Of a stretch of DNA of 21,504 nucleotides, positions 1-7,772 are shown piece after piece. Below the pieces are notes generated by a model. The model was given only the letters and a program-made list of their open reading frames with translations, was not told where the DNA came from and made no database searches. The number at the start of each line of letters is the position of its first letter. Within the stretch, counting starts at the first letter, position 1. The position numbers and the translations under genes were made by a program. The stretch lies in contig CAYVLA010000052.1 in NCBI GenBank assembly GCA_964452145.1, forward strand, positions 1 through 21,504. The letters run 5' to 3'. The stretch comes from Candidatus Hadarchaeota archaeon (lineage in GTDB: Archaea > CAYQAE01 > CAYVLA01).

Positions 1-568
1 CAACCTCGTCCCCGAGCTGTTCGCCATGAAGAAAGGAGTCAACGGTACCGAAAATTCCCAGCACCCGGGGGATGACTTCGTCCTTCATCTTGTCCACGTA
101 TTGCCCCACAAGCTCGTCAACGGCGGCCTGCTTGGCTTGTAGCATCGACGCTAGGATTGCCGCGGTGAGGAGCGGTCGACTCTCGTCGGCAAAAATCTTC
201 ACGTAGCTCTTCTTGAACTCCTTCATCTTCTCCGCGATCCAGGGATCTATCTGGACGATAGTGTCGATTCGCTCCCGTACGAGATCCTTTCTTGCCTCTT
301 CCAGGTCTTTGTAGACAATCGCACGAGCGGACTGATTCCGTATGGCGTCCACAATCGCCTGTGCGTATGACGTGTTGTCCTCATCGACAACGCCTATCGC
401 GACCTCCCTCTCCTCAAACTCCTGATACCCAAGGCTGAAGGTCACCCCGACGACCATGACCACCACCACGGGTAGAACGATCGTAAGCAAGATCGTCCTC
501 CTATCCCGGTAGATCTTCCTTAGATCGGTGAGAGCTACCCAGAGGGCCTTCCTAGGGCGCAGGGACAC
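1..568 (-). CDS. ABC-2 type transporter permease (partial, runs off window start)
   Basis: Manual translation from GTG at 568 (alternative GTG at 571): MSLRPRKALWVALTDLRKIYRDRRTILLTIVLPVVVVMVVGVTFSLG...EVAIGVVDEDNTSYAQAIVDAI. This is the typical ABC-2 N-terminus (RDRR..L...LP, TM helix, then VVDED extracellular domain). The frame is open to the window edge and overlaps the ATPase stop. Missing from the ORF track. Confidence 0.85.
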   Translation of the reverse strand, partial: MSLRPRKALWVALTDLRKIYRDRRTILLTIVLPVVVVMVVGVTFSLGYQEFEEREVAIGVVDEDNTSYAQAIVDAIRNQSARAIVYKDLEEARKDLVRERIDTIVQIDPWIAEKMKEFKKSYVKIFADESRPLLTAAILASMLQAKQAAVDELVGQYVDKMKDEVIPRVLGIFGTVDSFLHGEQLGDEV

Positions 569-1505
569 CACCGCCTGATCCCCCGATCAGGGCCTCGAAC
601 ACATCATCGGTAGGGACTTCGAAGGAAATCGACGAGGGCCGGATGCCGCCCTTCTCCAGCAGGCCCGCAACCTCAAAGGCCTCTGCTTGGGAGCACACCG
701 CGATCCTGAAGCCGCCGATGTCGTCCGACACGGTTCTCGGGGCAATGATACCAGCGACTCTCGACCGGTCCTGCCTCGGGACCCCCTTGATCAGGAGCGT
801 GGCATCGGATGTGGAGCTGATCTCCTTCCAGCTGCCCTGCGCCACCACTTTCCCTCGGTGGAAGACCGCCAGCCGGTCACAGATGGCCCTAGCCTCGGCC
901 AGATCGTGGGTGGTGAGAAGACAGGTGATGCCTCTCGAGCTATTCATTTCGAGCAGCATCCGCTCCACCTCTCTCTTCGTCACCGGATCGAAGCCCGCCA
1001 TAGCCTCGTCGATGATGATCAGACCCGGCATGTGCATGATGGAACACGCAAGATGAACCTTCCTCTTCATGCCAGCCGAGTAAGTCTCCACAGGATCATC
1101 CTTCCTGTCGGCAAGACCGAAGAACGCGGTTAACTCCTCTGCGCGGAGCCTTGCTGCCTGAGAGGGCATGTCAAGAAGCCTCCCGAAGTACACCATGTTC
1201 TCGAGGGCGGTCAGTTTCTCCTCCACGCTCGTTTCCTGCGCAACGACGCCGATGGCCTTCCTGAGTTCGCTCGTCTCCTTGATCGGGTTCAGTCCGAGAA
1301 CCATGACGCGGCCGGTCGAGGGCTTGACCATGCCCGAGAGCACATCCACCAGAGTTGACTTGCCCGCCCCGTTTGTGCCCACGATGCCGAAGATCTCACC
1401 CCTCCGGACCTTGAGGTCGATGCCGTCGAGGGCCCGGATCTTGCCAAAGGACACGGAAAGACCCGAGACGTCGATTGCAGGACCGGGGTCCCTTCCCTCG
1501 TTCAT
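552..1505 (-). CDS. ABC transporter ATP-binding protein (DrrA/NodI-like exporter ATPase)
   Basis: Walker A GTNGAGKST, Q-loop VAQE, signature YSAGMKRK, Walker B IIIDE, H-loop TTHD; directly upstream of the permease. Confidence 0.93.
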   Translation of the reverse strand: MNEGRDPGPAIDVSGLSVSFGKIRALDGIDLKVRRGEIFGIVGTNGAGKSTLVDVLSGMVKPSTGRVMVLGLNPIKETSELRKAIGVVAQETSVEEKLTALENMVYFGRLLDMPSQAARLRAEELTAFFGLADRKDDPVETYSAGMKRKVHLACSIMHMPGLIIIDEAMAGFDPVTKREVERMLLEMNSSRGITCLLTTHDLAEARAICDRLAVFHRGKVVAQGSWKEISSTSDATLLIKGVPRQDRSRVAGIIAPRTVSDDIGGFRIAVCSQAEAFEVAGLLEKGGIRPSSISFEVPTDDVFEALIGGSGGGVPAP

Positions 1506-1527
1506 CCCCGGAGCCTTCGCACCTTAC

Positions 1528-1543
1528 GATTAATAGGTTTTGC
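1528..1543 (-). promoter_or_regulatory. Archaeal BRE/TATA promoter of the ABC operon
   Basis: Minus strand reads GCAAAACCTATTAATC, a purine-rich BRE followed by a TATA-like TATTAAT about 25-30 nt upstream of ATG 1505, in otherwise GC-rich DNA. Confidence 0.6.
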
Positions 1544-1611
1544 CGCCCGCCCGATGGAGGATGCGCCCGGCCGAGGCCCGCAGACCGGATCAAGGAAGGC
1601 GGGAGGGGCGG

Positions 1612-1890
1612 CCGGGTGATGCAGATTAAATGGTTGTTGTGAGGATGTTGTTGGCTCTGTCTCTTGTTCGCTGGACTCTTTCCACCGCCCTGTTGAGCCA
1701 GAGAACGAACTCCTCGGTATGGTTTGGGGCATGATCGCTCGAGGAGTCGCTGTGCCCACCTTGACTAGGAAATGTGTTCTGGATCCCTATCCCTATTTTT
1801 GTCTGCCTGTGCCATGACGGATGAGTAATCGAAGCAGCCATGCCTGTGAGCGAAGCTCTCACAGGGCCTGCCTTCATCAAATGTCTTCAG
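1612..1890 (-). other. Unassigned lower-GC segment, possibly a degraded IS/transposase remnant
   Basis: The minus strand is A/C-rich like the ISL3 remnant at 3910-4350 and carries only short ORFs. It replaces the missing 5' half of the dgoD-like gene and contains the hairpin CCTGTGAG-N7-CTCACAGG (1843-1865). No family could be recognised with confidence. Confidence 0.25.
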
Positions 1891-2429
1891 GCCCGCATGG
1901 CGGCAAGGGCCCTGGAGCCCCTTTCGCGTATGTTCCTAGAGGAGCCATGCCTGCCCGGGAACGTCGACGCCATGGCTGCGATAGCCCTCTCCACCCCGAT
2001 ACCGATTGCCACTGGGAGAGGCTCTACACGAGGTGGGGCTTCAGGGAAGTCCTAGAGAAACAGGCGGCCGCCGTCCTCCAGCCCGATCCGTGCCACGCGG
2101 GCGGGATCTTGGAGTGCAGGAAGATCGCCGCGATGGCCGAGGCTACTATGTAGGGATGGCCGCCCACAACCCCCTGGGCCCGATAGCGACCGCGGTCTGT
2201 CCACAGCTGGATGCCTGCACGCCGAACTTCCTGATCCAGGAGTGTGGCTCCATGAGCGAGGGATATCTCATGGAGCCCTTCCAGCTTCAGGGAGGCTACG
2301 TCACGATACCGGATGGGCCTGGCCTGGGGATAGAGCTGGACGAGGAATCCGTTAGGGAAAAGGCCTTCCCCCGGGGACTGGGACAATCCGGGATTCCTCG
2401 ATGATGATGGATCGGTTTCGGATTGGTGA
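1890..2429 (+). pseudogene. dgoD: Galactonate dehydratase-like (mandelate racemase/enolase superfamily) pseudogene, 5'-truncated, three frameshifts
   Basis: Joined frames read ...[29 protein letters not shown] / [43 protein letters not shown] / [31 protein letters not shown]...PGLGIELDE...FP / GDWDNPGFLDDDGSVSDW*. These match DgoD motifs (EEP, ATGER, QPD..HAGG, H.PLGP, C-terminal DGSV.W). Shifts lie near 2015, 2144 and 2370. Confidence 0.85.
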
Positions 2430-2502
2430 CCCTGTCGGGAAACCAAGCGATCCTGTGCCAAGACTAAAGAATGAGTGGAGTCAGAAGGACTCAGGTTTTA
2501 CC

Positions 2503-3621
2503 ATGCTGTACCGCATCTACGGAAGCACAGGCATCAGGGTCTCGCAGCTCGGCTTCGGCTGCATGAGATTTCCCGTCAGGGATGGGAAGGTCGACCGGAC
2601 CCGGACCATCGACATGCTAAACCGGGCGGCTGACCTGGGAATCAACTACTTCGACTCGGCCTACGTCTACCACGGTGGCGACAGCGAGGTCGTCCTCGGG
2701 GAAGCCCTCCGCGACAGGAGGGATGAGATCTACATCTCGACCAAGAACCACTACAAGGGCTCCGACCCCGGGAAATGGAGGGCACTGCTAGACAAATCCC
2801 TGAAGAGGCTTGGAGTCGGCCACATAGACTTCTACCACATCCACGACCTCCGCCTTGAGGAGTACTCAAGACACCTTCTCCCGGGAGGATGCATCACGGA
2901 GGCAAGGAAGGCCATGAAGGACGGGCTCATCGGCCATCTGTGCTTCTCCTCCCACGACGATCCCGAGAACATCATCAGGCTCCTGGACACCGGCGAGTTC
3001 GAGGGCCTCCTTGTCCAGTACAACCTCTTCGACAGGCACAACGAGGGAGCCATTGCCCACGCCCACGAGCTTGGCCTCGGGGTATCCATCATGGGCACCG
3101 TGGGCGGAGGCCAGCTGATCCCGATGGCGGAGAAGATCGCCGGCGAGGTCAGGGAGGGAATGGGAACCCCGGAGCTGGCGATACGCTTCGTGCTATCCAA
3201 CCCGGCCGTGTCCGTTGCCCTGTCTGGAATGAGCTCCACGAGGATGGTCGAGGAGAACGTGAGGGCTGCAAGCCGGCCGGAGTCCCTCTCCTCGGACGAG
3301 CTCGGCATGATATCGAAGCTCATGGAGGAGACGCAGAGCCTGGAGGGACTCTACTGCTCCGGCTGCGGGTACTGCATGCCATGCAGCTCGGGGGTTGACA
3401 TCCCCGCCAACTTCGCCGCCTTCAACCTGAGAAGGGTGTGGGGCATGGATGCCATGGCGAAGATCCAGTATCAGGCACTGGGAAACAGGAAGCTCGATGG
3501 CAAGCCCGCGCCTGCATGGGCAGCGGCATGTACCGAGTGCGGGGGCTGTGTGGAGAAGTGCCCCCAGGGCATACCGATACCAGATAAGCTCAAGGAAGTC
3601 AAGAAGGTCCTTTCGGACTGA
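2503..3621 (+). CDS. Aldo/keto reductase with C-terminal 4Fe-4S dicluster domain (COG1453-like)
   Basis: MLYRIYGSTGIRVSQLGFGCMRFP, GINYFDSAYVYHGG.SE, ISTK, IDFYHIH; C-terminal CSGCGYCMPC and CTECGGCVEKCPQ. Start placed at ATG 2503 because the track start at 2401 overlaps the dgoD 3' end. Confidence 0.9.
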   Translation: MLYRIYGSTGIRVSQLGFGCMRFPVRDGKVDRTRTIDMLNRAADLGINYFDSAYVYHGGDSEVVLGEALRDRRDEIYISTKNHYKGSDPGKWRALLDKSLKRLGVGHIDFYHIHDLRLEEYSRHLLPGGCITEARKAMKDGLIGHLCFSSHDDPENIIRLLDTGEFEGLLVQYNLFDRHNEGAIAHAHELGLGVSIMGTVGGGQLIPMAEKIAGEVREGMGTPELAIRFVLSNPAVSVALSGMSSTRMVEENVRAASRPESLSSDELGMISKLMEETQSLEGLYCSGCGYCMPCSSGVDIPANFAAFNLRRVWGMDAMAKIQYQALGNRKLDGKPAPAWAAACTECGGCVEKCPQGIPIPDKLKEVKKVLSD

Positions 3622-3658
3622 CCGTCACAAACATGACCGGCGCCTAGGGCGGCCGACC

Positions 3659-3674
3659 CAGACAATATATATGA
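3659..3674 (+). promoter_or_regulatory. Probable TATA box upstream of etfB fragment
   Basis: CAGACAATATATATGA AT-rich box about 60 nt upstream of ATG 3733, which has an SD-like GGTGAGGA. Confidence 0.45.
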
Positions 3675-3732
3675 ACCAATCCGCACCCCCAACCATCAAG
3701 ATAGACTAGGACAGCGGCCGGGTGAGGATTCG

Positions 3733-3909
3733 ATGGAGATCGTCGTTTGCGTCAAGCAGGTCCCCGAGGGAAACCAGGTCCAGATCGACCCAGAGAGGGG
3801 AACCCTCGTAAGGGGTGGCGTGGCTGCAACCGTCAACCCCTTCGACCCGTACGCGATCGAGGAGGCCATCAGGCTCAAGGAGAGGCTGGGGGGCTGGGTG
3901 ACAGCCTGA
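3733..3909 (+). pseudogene. etfB: Electron transfer flavoprotein beta subunit (EtfB/FixA), truncated after 58 codons
   Basis: MEIVVCVKQVPEGNQVQIDPERGTLVRGGVAATVNPFDPYAIEEAIRLKERLGGWVTA* is a clear EtfB N-terminus (VCVKQVP, NPFD..A.EEA.RLKE). The sequence switches abruptly to transposase DNA. Confidence 0.9.
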
Positions 3910-4350
3910 GCCCTGCCAACCTGACCAAGAAGCAGACAAGCTGGCTTGAAGACATAAAGAGCATGGATCTGAAGACCGCCCGGGCCTACCACCTCAAAAC
4001 GGCTCTACGAAGGCTCTGGGAACACACGAACCGGCTGAGTCGGAGAAGTACCTCAAGGAGTGGTACTTCTGGGCCACGCACAGCCGCCTCGGACCCATGG
4101 TCCAGGCCGCTAGGACCATTAAGAGGCACTGGGACGGAGTACTCCAGTTCATCCCAGAGCCACATAAGCAACGGAGTGATCGAAGGACTCATCAATAAGA
4201 TCAAAACCGCTATGAAGAGAGCTTACCGATTCAAGAAGACCAAGTACCTCAAGACCATCATATACCTGGTGGCAGGAGACCTGGACCTACCCACACCAGA
4301 AGACTTCGCTCAACTACTACAACCACCCACACAAAGTTGAAGAGAAACGA
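3910..4350 (+). mobile_element. ISL3-family transposase remnant (3' part only, two frameshifts)
   Basis: PANLTKKQ..WLEDIKSMDLKTARAYHLK..LRRLWE / EKYLKEWYFWATHSRLGPMVQAARTIKRHWDGVLQF / ISNGVIEGLINKIKTAMKRAYRF...LKTIIYLVAG. These are ISL3 C-terminal motifs (AY.LK, W..WA..S.L, SNG..EG.N.KIK...R.AYGF). Stop at 4340 is followed by a likely right end, ...TGAAGAGAAAC. Confidence 0.85.
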
Positions 4351-4510
4351 CAATCTCTTGCCGCGGTTTACTGGGTCTTGACTCAAGAACGTTGCCCCCT
4401 AGACTTACCAACCTTTTACGTGTGGGTGGCGATGGAGAGGGGCCTGGGGTTTCTCCCTTGTTCTGGGCTCTGCCAGGCTTGTGAGGGCTGCCAGCCATAG
4501 GCGGCCGGCA

Positions 4511-4524
4511 GGGAAAACTTTTCC
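4511..4524 (+). promoter_or_regulatory. Putative BRE/TATA region or palindromic operator upstream of mtd operon
   Basis: GGAAAA-C-TTTTCC perfect palindrome (4512-4524), 32-44 nt upstream of mtd ATG 4556. Confidence 0.4.
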
Positions 4525-4555
4525 AGAGCGGGTTCCCAACGGTACGCGATCTTGC

Positions 4556-5392
4556 ATGATTCGATTGTGCTTCGTGAAGTGCGGCAACATCGCTACCTCA
4601 ACGGTTGTTGATCTGCTTCTCGATGAGATCGCGTCCCGGGAGGAGCTGGAGATGACCGTCCTCGGCTCAGGACCCAAGATGGCCCCGGACGACACCGAGA
4701 GAATCGGGAGACTCGTTCCACCCCTTGACCCGGATCTGGTCATCCTGTGTGGACCCAACGCTGCCTCGCCCGGCATGGCCAGGCTCAGAGAGACGCTTGC
4801 TGACATCAAGGCAGTCAAGATCGTCATAGGGGACGGCCCAAGCAAGAAGGTGAGGGACAAGCTCGAGCAGGAGGGTTACGGGTATCTGATAATGGAGGCC
4901 GATCCTCTCATCGGCGCCAGGCGGGAGTTCCTCGACCCAACCGAGATGGCCTTGTTTAACGCCGATGTGCTCAAGGTCCTCGCCGCAGTTGGGAGCTTAA
5001 GGCTTGTGCACGAGGAGCTTGATAGGTCGATTGCCTCAATCAAGACGACTCAGGTGTATCTTCCGAGAATCATTGTCTCAGAATCTGCTTCCCTTGCAAG
5101 AGCGGGCTTCTCAAACCCTTATGCACGCGCGAAGGCAGCCGCTGCCTTCCAGCTGGCCTGCACGGCGGCCCAAATGAACTACAGGGCCTGTTTCGTGGAG
5201 AAGCAGATGAAGAAATACATACGACTGGCAGCGGCTGCACACGAGGCAATCAGAGCAGCAGCCAGGCTGGCCGACGAGGCTAGAGAGATTGAGAAGGGAT
5301 CGGACAAGGTGCTGAGAACGCCGCACTCCAGAGCCGGCGCCCTTTTGAAGAAGAGATCCCTCATGAACAAACCAAAGGAGGAGACGTTGTGA
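4556..5392 (+). CDS. mtd: F420-dependent methylenetetrahydromethanopterin dehydrogenase
   Basis: MIRLCFVKCGNIATS, GSGPKM.P, GPNAASPG, IGDGP, DPLIGARREFLDPTEMALFNADVLKVLA, AAAHE, AREIEK..D.VLRTPH. Start set at ATG 4556 (278 aa), which aligns with Mtd N-termini. Confidence 0.95.
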   Translation: MIRLCFVKCGNIATSTVVDLLLDEIASREELEMTVLGSGPKMAPDDTERIGRLVPPLDPDLVILCGPNAASPGMARLRETLADIKAVKIVIGDGPSKKVRDKLEQEGYGYLIMEADPLIGARREFLDPTEMALFNADVLKVLAAVGSLRLVHEELDRSIASIKTTQVYLPRIIVSESASLARAGFSNPYARAKAAAAFQLACTAAQMNYRACFVEKQMKKYIRLAAAAHEAIRAAARLADEAREIEKGSDKVLRTPHSRAGALLKKRSLMNKPKEETL

Positions 5393-6288
5393 GCCCAGGC
5401 ATTGTGGAGGATACATTTGCGGAGGCCTTCAGATCTTACTACTCGCGCATAGCCATCACAGCGGCTGATATCGAACTGGCGCAAACGGCAGCTAGGTCGT
5501 CGACGGGTTTCGCGACCTCGGCGCTGGGTTGTGGGGTCGAAGCAGGCCTCGATTCGATTCTGAAGGGAGTTGATACGCCGGATGGCAGACCAGGAGTCGC
5601 CGTCCAATACCACATCTGGAAGAAGGATCCGAAGGAGATGTATAAGGTCCTTCTGAGCAGGATCGGCCACTGCGTGTTAACTTCGGCATCCACAGCCGTC
5701 TTCGACGCAACGACGGATGCCTTGGCCAAGATCGATGTGGGTATGAAGCTCAGATTCTTCGGCGATGGATATGAGAGCCTTGGTGCAGTTGGCGATAGGC
5801 AGGTCGTTGTCATCCCTACGATGGGCGGCCGGTTCATCGTGGAGAAGGAGGTTGGGATGTCAAAGGGCGTTTCCGGGGGCAACCTCTGGTTCGTGGCCCG
5901 GTCTGAGTCAGCTGCCATCAAGGCCGCTCAGATGGCCGCAGCAGCAATCGCTAGAGTCCCGGGCGTCATCACACCTTTTCCAGGGGGGATATGTAGCTCG
6001 GGCTCAAAGGTGGGCTCTGAGAAGTACGGGTTTATGGTCAACTCCACAAATCACCTGTACTGCCCCATCCTCAGAGACAGGATTCCGGCTTCCCGGGTTC
6101 CGGAGGGCGCAGAATCCATAATGGAAGTAGTCATCAACGGCACCGGGTTGAAGCCTGTGAAAGAGGCAATGAAAGTCGGGATCGACGCGGCCCAGGGGGC
6201 GCCGGGGCTGATCAGGATATCAGCGGGTAACTTTGAAGGCAAACTGGGCCGATTCAAAATCTATTTAAAAGATCTCGTGTCTGCGTGA
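5389..6288 (+). CDS. ftr: Formylmethanofuran--tetrahydromethanopterin N-formyltransferase
   Basis: EDTFAEAF, GFATS..GC..EAG, TPDGRPG, RIGHCVLT, FFGDGYE, GVSGGN, GGI.SSGSKVGS, STNH..CP, ISAGNFEGKLG; GTGA overlap with mtd and SD AGGAGG. Confidence 0.96.
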   Translation: MSPGIVEDTFAEAFRSYYSRIAITAADIELAQTAARSSTGFATSALGCGVEAGLDSILKGVDTPDGRPGVAVQYHIWKKDPKEMYKVLLSRIGHCVLTSASTAVFDATTDALAKIDVGMKLRFFGDGYESLGAVGDRQVVVIPTMGGRFIVEKEVGMSKGVSGGNLWFVARSESAAIKAAQMAAAAIARVPGVITPFPGGICSSGSKVGSEKYGFMVNSTNHLYCPILRDRIPASRVPEGAESIMEVVINGTGLKPVKEAMKVGIDAAQGAPGLIRISAGNFEGKLGRFKIYLKDLVSA

Positions 6289-6326
6289 GGGCACTTTCGT
6301 AGGCAGACCGAGTCGGGGCATAAAAG

Positions 6327-7772
6327 ATGGTACGAGCGGAAGGACTCGAAGACATACTCGATGCCCAGAAACTCAAGTACTGCTATGAGTGTGGGATCTG
6401 CACCGCAGCGTGTCCAGTGGCTGAGATCATTCCGCAGATATACAACCCAAGGAAACTGCTGCAGAGAATCCCATATGATCTGGAACAGGCTGTGAGGAGC
6501 CGGGAGATCTGGCTGTGTGCCTGGTGCTACCGATGCTACCAGAGCTGCCCCCAAGGACTCCGAGTGCCCGACATCCTTCTCTCATTGAAGGACAGGGCAG
6601 CGGAAGCGGGATCCCTGGAAGGCTTCAGGGAAGCCCTGGATCTCATAGTGAGGGAGATCCCCCTGCCCCTGGCTTGCCTGTATGCTTGCTTCAACCCGGG
6701 GCGAGGCGATTCGAATAAAGCGAAGATGATAGAAGCCGTCAGAGCCCTAGTTGCGGACTATCCAAACATCACCAGAAACGAGAAAGCGAGTTTTGCACAG
6801 ACGCAGAAGCAGAGGATAGCCATCATCGGCTCGGGACCGGCCGGCCTGACCGCTGCGACGGCCCTTGCCCGGATGGGTTACCCGGTCACCGTCTTCGAAT
6901 CCATGCCCAGACCTGGAGGAATGCTGAGGTGGTGCATACCGGCCTATAGACTGCCCAGAGAGGCTGTGGATGCAGAGATCCAACGCATAGAGAATCTGGG
7001 TGTCGAGTTCAGGTTGGGTGTCAAGGTGGGTAAGGATCTGGCCATCGAGGAGATTGTTCGCGAGGGCTATGAGGCCATCTTCATCGCCATAGGAGCCCAG
7101 AAGGGCAGGAAGCTCGGGATAGAGGGCGAGCGGTTGAAAGGAGTTCTCGATGCCCTGGACTTCCTCAGGGACGCCTGCACCGACACCCAGGTCGTGCTGG
7201 GCGACAAGGTCGTGGTGATAGGCGGAGGGGATGTCGCCATGGACGCGGCCAGGATCGCAAGGATCGCTCTCCATCTGGGAGCCAAGGATGTCACGATTCT
7301 TTATCGCAGATCCCGGGAGGAGATGCCTGCAAACCCGTGGGAGGTCAAGGAAACGGAAGGCGAAGGCGTAAAGATCGAGTTCCTCGTAGCGCCGAAGAGG
7401 ATCCTCGGGGAGGACGGACGAGCCCGGTTCGTGGAATGCGTTAGGATGAGGCTGGGTAGGCCCGATGACACGGGCCGCCATCGCCCGATACCCATCGAAG
7501 GGTCAGAGTTCAGGATGGAGGTGGATTCGGTCATATCCGCGGTAGGCGAAAGCCCCCTGCTTTTCCCTCTGCCCAAGGGTGTCAAGATCGACAGAGGAAA
7601 CACGGTCGTTGTGGATCCCTTCACCCTCCAGACGGGCGAGAGGGGGCTCTTCGCCGGAGGAGACGTGGTTCGTGGCCCATCCACAGTGATCGAAGCCGTC
7701 GTCGATGGGATGAGAGCGGCCAGGTCGATCCAGGGCTACCTCAGCAGCAGGCAAGGAGAGGTGAAGGGGTGA
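6327..7772 (+). CDS. Fusion of HdrC-like 2x[4Fe-4S] domain with GltD/SudA(Nfn large subunit)-like FAD/NAD(P)H oxidoreductase
   Basis: N-terminal CYECGICTAACP...YNPRKLL...IWLCAWCYRCYQSCPQG follows the HdrC pattern. Then come IIGSGPAGL (FAD), GGMLRWCIPAYRLP, VIGGGDVAMDAAR and YRRSREEMPA (NADP-type second Rossmann fold), and FAGGDVVRGPSTVIEAV..G..AA..I. Confidence 0.85.
   Translation: MVRAEGLEDILDAQKLKYCYECGICTAACPVAEIIPQIYNPRKLLQRIPYDLEQAVRSREIWLCAWCYRCYQSCPQGLRVPDILLSLKDRAAEAGSLEGFREALDLIVREIPLPLACLYACFNPGRGDSNKAKMIEAVRALVADYPNITRNEKASFAQTQKQRIAIIGSGPAGLTAATALARMGYPVTVFESMPRPGGMLRWCIPAYRLPREAVDAEIQRIENLGVEFRLGVKVGKDLAIEEIVREGYEAIFIAIGAQKGRKLGIEGERLKGVLDALDFLRDACTDTQVVLGDKVVVIGGGDVAMDAARIARIALHLGAKDVTILYRRSREEMPANPWEVKETEGEGVKIEFLVAPKRILGEDGRARFVECVRMRLGRPDDTGRHRPIPIEGSEFRMEVDSVISAVGESPLLFPLPKGVKIDRGNTVVVDPFTLQTGERGLFAGGDVVRGPSTVIEAVVDGMRAARSIQGYLSSRQGEVKG

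Noticed and set aside
1542..1616. GC-rich foldable stretch as tRNA/SRP/ncRNA
   Set aside because: No T-loop, anticodon arm or SRP helix-8 consensus; pairing is expected by chance at this GC content.
3907..3925. Readthrough of the etfB TGA
   Set aside because: Downstream sequence is transposase and another in-frame TGA follows within five codons.
3747..4340. 197-aa ORF as a real protein
   Set aside because: It is a chimera of out-of-frame etfB and frameshifted ISL3 sequence.
4427..4500. Fluoride riboswitch (GGCGATGGAG start)
   Set aside because: The complementary CGCC and the downstream TGATG-pseudoknot half are not in place, and the gene context does not fit.
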